Origin: a virus
Taxonomy: Duplodnaviria > Caudoviricetes
DNA length: 64,000 nt
Strand: one strand, 5' to 3'
IMG/VR virus record: IMGVR_UViG_2882238243_000002
Coordinates: 32,001-96,000 of that record
In this document: positions 53,219-60,911 of the stretch, piece after piece
Layout: each line of letters begins with the position of its first letter
Position numbering within the stretch: the stretch's first letter is position 1
Made by a program: the position numbers and the translations under genes
Notes under the pieces: model-generated
Databases searched by the model: none
The model's input: the letters and a program-made list of their open reading frames with translations, nothing else
What the model was told of the DNA's origin: nothing

Positions 53219-53391
53219 GTTGATATCTCTCCTTGTCCATGACTATACATACTAGTGTACATATAGATAATATCATACATATAGGAAAATAAATATAGGA
53301 AATATTTTACTTATAGTTACTTGACAACCTATATGTACTTGTGTATAATATGAAATATAAAGGCACTAATCAGAGAGGAGGATGCGTAAAT

Positions 53392-53754
53392 ATGACACAT
53401 AATTTAAAAAGGTTTGATATTGTTCTTGTTGATTATGGAATAGAAGTAATAGGCTCGGAGCAGGGCGGAATACGTCCATCTATTATTATACAAAATGATA
53501 TGGGTAATATACATAGCAGCACAACTATTGTAATGCCATTAACAAAACAAATCAAACGCCTCAACCAACCAACGCATACTCTCATTACAAAAGGAGAAGG
53601 CAAAGGAATAGTTGAAGATTCTATGGTTTTAGGAGAATGTATGAGACAAGTATCAGAAAAAAGAATTATCAAATATCTTGGTTCTATAACTGAAATTAAT
53701 GAGAAAAGAAGAATTAAGCGTGTATATGACGCTAATTTTGGAGAGGTGGCATAA
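53392..53754 (+). CDS. MazF/PemK-family endoribonuclease
   Basis: GSEQGGIRPSIIIQNDMGN...TTIVMPLT...DSMVLGECMR; own TTGACA-17-TATAAT promoter at 53321-53349. Confidence 0.88.
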   Translation: MTHNLKRFDIVLVDYGIEVIGSEQGGIRPSIIIQNDMGNIHSSTTIVMPLTKQIKRLNQPTHTLITKGEGKGIVEDSMVLGECMRQVSEKRIIKYLGSITEINEKRRIKRVYDANFGEVA

Positions 53755-54033
53755 GTGCAATATATAATGATGAGTATGGAAGAGGCAAAAAAGGTTGCTA
53801 AGGACGATGCAATTGTCTTGCTCGCTGTTTCTAATTTAGAAACAGATGATTGTAACACAGAATTTAAAAAGAGGAATTTTAGGGATTGTGAGAAACTTAT
53901 TCAAGAAGCTGAAACAATAGCAAGGGTATATGATGATTTTGTCAATCAGTTAAGAGTTTTTACAGCAAAGCAGGTTGATGTAATTAATTATGAACCGCGA
54001 GGTAAGTTAAGTACTATACTTCTTCGAGAATAA
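53755..54033 (+). CDS. Hypothetical protein
   Basis: Coupled to the MazF stop. Confidence 0.6.
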   Translation: MQYIMMSMEEAKKVAKDDAIVLLAVSNLETDDCNTEFKKRNFRDCEKLIQEAETIARVYDDFVNQLRVFTAKQVDVINYEPRGKLSTILLRE

Positions 54034-54084
54034 AATTCGTGACAATTACCAAACTTACATATAAACATATGTTTGCTTTTGGTA

Positions 54085-54114
54085 TTGACTAGAACGCGTG
54101 TTCGGATATATAAT
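54085..54114 (+). promoter_or_regulatory. LexA-boxed promoter
   Basis: TTGACT-18-TATAAT with GAAC-GCGT-GTTC (54092-54103); AAAC-ATAT-GTTT at 54063. Confidence 0.7.
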
Positions 54115-54436
54115 AGTAAACAAGTCACGCAAAAAGAAAGAAGGCTAATCTTTTCATCGGTGTTGGCGCACCTCCAAGATTGAACCTTCTTTCAAATTAC
54201 ACATATATAACATAATACACGTCAGAATTGACGCAAATTATGAAACATAGCAGAAAAGCTATGTCTAAGCACATTTTACATACTTTCACTTGATTCGTCA
54301 AGTAAATTCTTGTGTTAAGGCAGTTCTGCTATAAAATCCCAATTACAAAAAGAGAATAAGTAAGTGAGAGCTAAAGTAATAGAAATTACTTTGGTGTGAT
54401 ATTTTGTTGTCAAAAATCAAAAAAGGAGAAAAATAC

Positions 54437-55045
54437 ATGGCAGATTATGTTATTACAGATGGTTCACGATGGATTATGAAAGACCGAAAAGGCAAATATG
54501 TTCCTACGTCATGTGAGACTTTTGCTGACCTTTACACCCAGAGACAGGCAAATGCGTTGTACAATAATTCTCTTCCTAAAGCACTGAAAACAGTATTTCG
54601 TGTAGAGAAGGTGGACAAACCACCGTCTCTAGTAAAGCAAGCAACTATCAAGGATACTACATACAATACTGAAAAGGTTATGGTTGCTGATAATATCCAG
54701 AAGTGGTTGGACAAGGTATCTGACCTAAATGGGTTGGCTAATGATGCATTACATAGGAAAGAGGAATTATTAAAGCAATTAAGTGAAATAGACAAAGAGT
54801 TGTCCGATATTTCGCACTACATAGAGTTCGTAAATCTTAATGCAGCACAGGGTTACATGACATATAAGATGATAAAGGATAGACGCATAAAACGTAGAAG
54901 TGTCAAAAATGAATTGGAAGTATTGGCTATTATACTTGGTAAAAAGATTTCGGAAACAGCGACTGATGAAATTCAAAAGTGCGTGGCTGGAATGGATGTC
55001 AGACAATATGAGCCTAGAATTATGAAAGAGCTGTTTGATTTATGA
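54437..55045 (+). CDS. Coiled-coil phage protein
   Basis: DKELSDISHYIE...RRSVKNE...YEPR. Confidence 0.6.
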   Translation: MADYVITDGSRWIMKDRKGKYVPTSCETFADLYTQRQANALYNNSLPKALKTVFRVEKVDKPPSLVKQATIKDTTYNTEKVMVADNIQKWLDKVSDLNGLANDALHRKEELLKQLSEIDKELSDISHYIEFVNLNAAQGYMTYKMIKDRRIKRRSVKNELEVLAIILGKKISETATDEIQKCVAGMDVRQYEPRIMKELFDL

Positions 55046-55080
55046 ATAATTCAATGAAAAATTAGTGGGTGGGTGTGACA

Positions 55081-55737
55081 ATGAATAATATGCAAAAACA
55101 ACAAAACAAGGGAAAATACTCTGAAACAGAAATTAAGATTATTGAAGAGTATTGTGATAATGAACTGTATATATTGAAAAAAATATGTGATCCTATAATT
55201 TTCAAAAAAGGTGTTCCACAAATGTACCACGATGATTTATATGCTCTTGCGGTAGACACGCTAGATGATAGTGTAAAGCGTTATGACGCCACTAAGGACT
55301 GCCAGTTTAAGACTTTTCTTACGGGAAACATTAAACGAACCTTTTATGATTGGACAAGAGACAATACACGTTGGAAACGTTGTAATCTGCAAACAAACGA
55401 AGAGGGGAATATTGTAAAAGATGAAAATAATAATCCTATCATTATTCCTAATATTTCAATTGATGCTCCCACCGATGACGGAATTGATTTAAGTGAAAAA
55501 GTAGCGTCATCATTTAAAGTAGAGGACGAGCTATCAGAAGAAATTGGACTTTCATCTAATGACAAAATTGAAAAGTACCTAGAAAAGTTATCTAAAGTAC
55601 AAAGACAAATTGTATTATTCTTGTCTGATGGATACTCCCAGGAAGATATTAGAGAATTATTACATATAAGCAAAAAAGAATATTCAGATAACATGCTTAC
55701 CATAAGAGCGTATGAAAACGTAAAAATATTATATTAA
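55081..55737 (+). CDS. Phage sigma-70-like factor
   Basis: YDATKDCQFKTFL (region 2), ISIDAP, LSKVQRQIV...GYSQEDIRELL (region 4). Confidence 0.75.
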   Translation: MNNMQKQQNKGKYSETEIKIIEEYCDNELYILKKICDPIIFKKGVPQMYHDDLYALAVDTLDDSVKRYDATKDCQFKTFLTGNIKRTFYDWTRDNTRWKRCNLQTNEEGNIVKDENNNPIIIPNISIDAPTDDGIDLSEKVASSFKVEDELSEEIGLSSNDKIEKYLEKLSKVQRQIVLFLSDGYSQEDIRELLHISKKEYSDNMLTIRAYENVKILY

Positions 55738-55753
55738 TTTGGGGGACATAGTC

Positions 55754-57208
55754 ATGGCGAAGAAAATTAGAAAACAAACATTAGCATTAAAATCGTATCT
55801 TGAAAAGATGAAAGAAGAAAATCAAGAGATTAGAAGTGACCAGGATGTACAGAGATTATCTGGTCAATGGGATAACAGTATGATTAATGAATTGGTTGCT
55901 ACAGTACTTACCGATGACTATATTCCACCAATTATATTAGGAGAAGAAGAAAGAGAAGATGATACAACACAGCTTTGGGTTATTGATGGACTACAACGAA
56001 GCTCGACATTGGATTTGTACAGATATGGCAACTGGACAATTACATCAGCTATTGAAGATAGTATTATAGAGTATCAAAAGAACAAAATAGAAGATGGAAA
56101 AGTTTGTAGAGACGAAGAGGGTAATTTAATTAAGGATACTGTCGAATTTGATATTAAAGGTAAAACGTTCGATGAATTGCCAAATGAACTAAAGAAAAAA
56201 TTTGATGACTATCAAATAGAAATGGCAGTACATCAAAATTGCACAATGGAACAAATATCAAAACTAATAAGGCGCTATAATAATCATCGCGGAATGAACA
56301 CGGTACAAAAAGCCTTTACATACTTAAACAACTTTGCACGAAAAATTCGTGCAATTATAGATATGAGATTTTTTAAAGATTGCATGAAGGATTTGGGTAA
56401 AGAAAAAATAAAGGGTGGCTATGAACGAATTATTATGGAGTCAGTGATGGTAATGTTTCATTTGGACAAATGGAAAAAGACTCCTAAAGATATTGGAAAG
56501 TATTTAAACAATAATGCAACAGATGAAGAGTTTGATGTTTTAAAAGAAGTGATTAGTCGCTTAGAGCCTGTAGTAGATGATAATTTTAAAGAAATATTTA
56601 ATATGAAAGATTCATTTATTTGGTTTGCATTTTTTCATAGGTTTTTAAAATTAGGTTTAGATGATAGTAGATTTAGAGATTTTCTTAAAGAATTTACAAG
56701 TGAATTACATAACAAAACATTTGAAGAATATGATAACAGATCCTTCGATACAGTTGACGGAGGGAAGGGTACTAAAGACAAGAGGGTCATCATTCAAAAA
56801 TTGGACATGCTTGAAAAATTAATGAATGATTTTTTACATATTAAGAATGTGGAATTTAGCAAAAATGAGCTGGAAATAGAGAATAACGAAGTGAGTAAAG
56901 AGCAATTTATTGCGGAAAATGTTGGCATGGATATTGAAGATATAAAAGCTGATATGGAACTTTATGAGCAATCACTTGACGATTTACTTGATAAAGCCGT
57001 AAAGGATGGTTCGAAATTGCTTAATAAAGCAAACAGAGTATCTTTGCTGGCAATGATTTCGTATTCGTATAAAGAAGACAAGGATTTAGATGAGTGGATG
57101 CTTGAATACGCAAAAAATAATAATACATATTTTATTGACCAAAAGAAGAATTACATACATATGCTTAAAGACTTAGAGAATTTTATTAAGAAGGGAGTAG
57201 CTGCTTAA
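55754..57208 (+). CDS. DUF262/ParB-like domain protein
   Basis: DVQR...W, IPPIIL, VIDGLQR, RYNN motifs. Confidence 0.7.
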   Translation: MAKKIRKQTLALKSYLEKMKEENQEIRSDQDVQRLSGQWDNSMINELVATVLTDDYIPPIILGEEEREDDTTQLWVIDGLQRSSTLDLYRYGNWTITSAIEDSIIEYQKNKIEDGKVCRDEEGNLIKDTVEFDIKGKTFDELPNELKKKFDDYQIEMAVHQNCTMEQISKLIRRYNNHRGMNTVQKAFTYLNNFARKIRAIIDMRFFKDCMKDLGKEKIKGGYERIIMESVMVMFHLDKWKKTPKDIGKYLNNNATDEEFDVLKEVISRLEPVVDDNFKEIFNMKDSFIWFAFFHRFLKLGLDDSRFRDFLKEFTSELHNKTFEEYDNRSFDTVDGGKGTKDKRVIIQKLDMLEKLMNDFLHIKNVEFSKNELEIENNEVSKEQFIAENVGMDIEDIKADMELYEQSLDDLLDKAVKDGSKLLNKANRVSLLAMISYSYKEDKDLDEWMLEYAKNNNTYFIDQKKNYIHMLKDLENFIKKGVAA

Positions 57209-57436
57209 TGCCTAGTAATGAATTTAATAAGTGTAATTTTTGCAGAGCATTTGATGAGTATGAGGGATGTCGCAGTTATCATTGCAATAACAAATTAGAT
57301 TTTGTAGCGGTCCCCGACAAGTTAATTGAAAAAGCAAAAGAGAAAGCCATTTCTGTAACAGATGTAATTGCCTTATTAGAAATAGCAGGCAATGAAGTAT
57401 AGATATTAAATATAGTAGAAAAAGGAGAGATGAATT

Positions 57437-58225
57437 ATGTGTAGATTTAAATCAGCAGTAATCTTAAAAAACAGGGTGATATTAGCGCCAGAAGGGAATG
57501 AAAGTCACTCAGATTTATTAAGGAGTTTAAATATTGAAGATTCTCATTTTAATGCATCAAAGACATTTGTTAGAGCAGAGTTAGTGCCGCCAGATGGAAA
57601 TAAGGCAATTGATATTGACAAATGGGAATATATTGTTGATCAAGATATTGTACCCGATTGGTTTGATGAAGACTCAGGCAGATATGAAATAGAAATGCGA
57701 AATGCAGTTGGCGAATATATGAAGGATAAACTTAAAAATATTATTTGCGGATATGATTGGACACCGGTTACAGAAGGAGAATATACATATTACTTCATGA
57801 ATGGAATAATGTCTAAATCCAACTTTGGAAAAACAAACGACTACAGAGAATCTGCTGTTAGAGCAGATTTGCTATCTAGTAATCTACTGGCGAATTTAAA
57901 GGAAAAGTTTGGCGATAACCTTGTTCCAATTACATTAGACCTTACTTCTATGGATGGGTTTAAAGATTACGGAAATGTAGAAGGAGATCTTCTGGCCATT
58001 CCAAATATTGAATTATTAATGAAGTTTGGAAACCAAATTCAACTAATAGATAATTGGTATTGGCTTGCAACACCAAATCAGACTCCTTCTAGGAGAGATT
58101 CTTCCAACGTTCAGTGTGTTGGCTCCGATGGCCTCGTGGACTGCTGCGATTGTTGCTGGAATGGCAGGGGCGTGCGTCCGTTTTTTATCTTGAAATCTGA
58201 TATCTTAGTATCTGCAAGTAAGTAG
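57437..58225 (+). CDS. DGR target protein with C-terminal CLec-type variable region
   Basis: WYWLATP...GVRP C-terminus contains the VR. Confidence 0.85.
   Translation: MCRFKSAVILKNRVILAPEGNESHSDLLRSLNIEDSHFNASKTFVRAELVPPDGNKAIDIDKWEYIVDQDIVPDWFDEDSGRYEIEMRNAVGEYMKDKLKNIICGYDWTPVTEGEYTYYFMNGIMSKSNFGKTNDYRESAVRADLLSSNLLANLKEKFGDNLVPITLDLTSMDGFKDYGNVEGDLLAIPNIELLMKFGNQIQLIDNWYWLATPNQTPSRRDSSNVQCVGSDGLVDCCDCCWNGRGVRPFFILKSDILVSASK
58101..58182 (+). repeat. DGR variable repeat (VR)
   Basis: 82-bp match to TR (offset 600) with 14 mismatches, all opposite TR adenines. Confidence 0.95.
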
Positions 58226-58242
58226 AGGGCAGCCAGTGAACA

Positions 58243-58265
58243 GGGCTAGGGCGTAAGCCCTGCCC
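58243..58265 (+). promoter_or_regulatory. DGR target-recognition hairpin/cruciform
   Basis: GGGC-t-AGGGC-GTAA-GCCCT-GCCC just after the target gene. Confidence 0.75.
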
Positions 58266-58303
58266 GTGAGCTTTGGATGAGATTGACAACAAGGAGCAAA
58301 ATA

Positions 58304-58672
58304 GTGAGCGAAAATAAACTGGATATTATTGTAAAAGCAATAAATCTTATGGAATACACAATGACAATCACATCAAATAGAAAAAGATTTCCAGTTAAGC
58401 ATTTAATGTTAGTAAGACGTATCCAGGAATGTTGTATGGATATTTATGAATATTTGATTGATGCCAATAGGATTAAATTAGATACTTCAAAATCCGAACG
58501 ACAAGAATTGCAGACCAAGGCGATTTCATGTTGTGATAAATTATCGTGTTATGTAGAACTTTCTATGAAATTAAATTTAGTTGGAACCGATACTGTTTCA
58601 TATTGGCAAAAGCAAGTTAATGATGTGAAATATATGGCGATTGCATGGCGCTCTAAAGACAAACAGAGATAG
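58304..58672 (+). CDS. avd: Accessory variability determinant Avd (four-helix bundle)
   Basis: KRFP...LVRRIQ...DIYEYLIDAN...W; located between VR and TR. Confidence 0.88.
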   Translation: MSENKLDIIVKAINLMEYTMTITSNRKRFPVKHLMLVRRIQECCMDIYEYLIDANRIKLDTSKSERQELQTKAISCCDKLSCYVELSMKLNLVGTDTVSYWQKQVNDVKYMAIAWRSKDKQR

Positions 58673-58700
58673 ATATGAAAATGGGTTGTTTGTTGCTTGA

Positions 58701-58782
58701 CTTCCAACGTTCAGTGTGTTAACTCCAATGGCAACGTGAACTACAACGATTGTAACTGGAATGACAAAGGCGTGCGTCCGTT
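58701..58782 (+). ncRNA. DGR template repeat (TR)
   Basis: AAC-rich invariant copy of the VR between avd and RT; GC-rich GGCGTGCGTCCG near the 3' end. Confidence 0.93.
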
Positions 58783-58901
58783 CTGGGTCGGAAGACGAAA
58801 GAAAGTAGGAGAAACACCGAAATTAGAGTCCCGATATCAAAAGAATAGACAACCTTTCCTGTCTGATAAAAGGCAGGATAAATACAAAGGATTGAAATAT
58901 T

Positions 58902-59969
58902 ATGACAGAAGATAAAACAGATTTTGAGGTCGTTACGGATTTTGGTAATTTATATCAAGCTTATAAAAAATCAAAATCAGGTAAGGGATTTTCAAAGAGC
59001 AGTCAACAATTCCAAGTGGCGACTCTTGATGGAATTCATCAAATAAAAAGAAGATTAGAAACCAAAACATACGAAGTATCTAAATATAATGAATTTACAA
59101 TATATGAACCAAAAGAGAGAATTATTAAAGCAGGTTCATTTGTAGATAAAATAGTTCAGCACAGCTTATGCGATAACGTATTAATTCCTAAATTGGAATC
59201 TGAATTTATTCAAACTAATTATGCTGGACAAATTGGAAAGGGAACGTTATACGGACTCGATTGTTTAAAGGCACAAATGTATTTGGCATATCAGAAATAT
59301 GGATATAATTGTTGGATAGTTAAAGCCGATATAAGTAAATTCTTCTATAATATAAATCGCGATATTTTAATAGATATAGTTGCTTATTTTATAGAAGATA
59401 AAGATGTATTTTGGTTGTGTAAAAAGTTTATAAATAGCACAGAAGGATTGGGGCTTCCACTTGGAAATCAAGTAAGTCAAGTATTTGCATTATTATATCT
59501 ATCCGGATTAGATCATTTTGTAACCGGCGAATTAGGTGTGAAATATTATGGAAGGTATATGGACGACTTTTATTTAATTGTAGAAACAAAAGAATGTGCT
59601 AAGTGGTGTTTAAGTAATATTTATGAATTTGTTCATTCCCTTGGATTAGAATTGAATAACAAAACTCAAATTATACCTTTCAAAAATGGAATTAAGTTTT
59701 GTGGTTTTCATACATATGTTACGGAAGATGGCAGGGTTATTCGTAAATTAAAGAATGAGAACAAAAGAGCTGCAAAGAAAAAATTTAGAAAGATGGCTAA
59801 CTTAGTGAATAAAGGTAAGTTAAGCAAGGATAAATTTAATGAGTCTTATTGTGCATGGAAAAATCATATTTCTCATGGAAATTGTGTTAAGTTGGGATAT
59901 GAGATGGATAGGGATATAGAAGAATTATTTAATAAGTCTTGTGAAACGAATATTTCAATAGTAGATTAG
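58902..59969 (+). CDS. DGR reverse transcriptase
   Basis: YEPKER, GKGT, KADISKFF, GLPLGNQVSQ (DGR SQ motif), RYMDDF. Confidence 0.95.
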   Translation: MTEDKTDFEVVTDFGNLYQAYKKSKSGKGFSKSSQQFQVATLDGIHQIKRRLETKTYEVSKYNEFTIYEPKERIIKAGSFVDKIVQHSLCDNVLIPKLESEFIQTNYAGQIGKGTLYGLDCLKAQMYLAYQKYGYNCWIVKADISKFFYNINRDILIDIVAYFIEDKDVFWLCKKFINSTEGLGLPLGNQVSQVFALLYLSGLDHFVTGELGVKYYGRYMDDFYLIVETKECAKWCLSNIYEFVHSLGLELNNKTQIIPFKNGIKFCGFHTYVTEDGRVIRKLKNENKRAAKKKFRKMANLVNKGKLSKDKFNESYCAWKNHISHGNCVKLGYEMDRDIEELFNKSCETNISIVD

Positions 59970-60039
59970 GAAGAGAAATATGAAGCTACTTAAATATTGA
60001 TATGAGAAATAAATAGAGTAAAAATTTTTACTCTATTTA

Positions 60040-60723
60040 TTAAGAACCATTGATTATTTTTCTTACTGCGTAAGGAAGTAAATAATGTTCACTATGATCA
60101 ATGAACTTTTGTCCATATTTATGTCTTATGTTTGTAACGTAGGTGTCGAAACCTGTATAACTGTAATCATAATTTAGTTTATTTACTATATCACAATATT
60201 TACTATTATTATACTGCCTGAAAGTCCAACAAGTATTAGGTCTAATGCTATAAATGGAACAAATGTTATCATTTAAAAATAAACATTGTTTGTTCAATTT
60301 TGAATATTCTAAGTTTATGTTGTAACTTTCGTCGTTTGTTATATGCAATATTTTGAATGGTACAAGTGACTCGTTCACAGCATTACATATATTGTTGGCA
60401 GTGTTGCCAAGATACCTTTTAACTCTTTTATTTAAAAAATTTATATGGTACTTTAACATTTCAAATTCAATAGGATCAATATAAATAGCTTGTGAACAAC
60501 ACTTAGAGCAGCCAATAGTGCATACGCATTTTAAGCCACAATTATGTTCGACAAGATTAATCATGTCAGTTGCACGTATTATTTCTTGTGAATTCCAATC
60601 AGTCAAATCTTTCAAATCTTTAAAATTTGGAGAAACGCCTAGATTAAAAGCTATTTTATTTTGATTATCTTTAATGTAATTTAGAATTTCTTTTGTTTTT
60701 AAATTCCAAATAAATTTACTCAT
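60040..60723 (-). CDS. YkgJ-family cysteine-cluster protein
   Basis: CTIGCSKCC, CLFL...CSIYSIRPNTC. Confidence 0.8.
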   Translation of the reverse strand: MSKFIWNLKTKEILNYIKDNQNKIAFNLGVSPNFKDLKDLTDWNSQEIIRATDMINLVEHNCGLKCVCTIGCSKCCSQAIYIDPIEFEMLKYHINFLNKRVKRYLGNTANNICNAVNESLVPFKILHITNDESYNINLEYSKLNKQCLFLNDNICSIYSIRPNTCWTFRQYNNSKYCDIVNKLNYDYSYTGFDTYVTNIRHKYGQKFIDHSEHYLLPYAVRKIINGS

Positions 60724-60911
60724 ATATACAACACTCCTTTGGGGAATTATAGCAAAAATAAAATAAGAAGTAAATAGAAAGATACTAGTAAAGTAGATAT
60801 ATAAAAAATATAAATGGAGACGAAATCAGGATTTTAACGGAAAAAAGTATCAACATATAGTGGCAAATACAATATAAACACAACATATAGTATGTAAAAA
60901 GGAGAGAAAAT

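Noticed and set aside
58697-58915. 72-aa ORF between avd and RT
   Set aside because: It is the open frame of the DGR template repeat (AAC-rich copy of the VR) and has no convincing RBS
58902-59969. Group II intron or retron reading of the RT
   Set aside because: 355 aa, SQ motif, no maturase or endonuclease domain, and avd plus TR/VR are present
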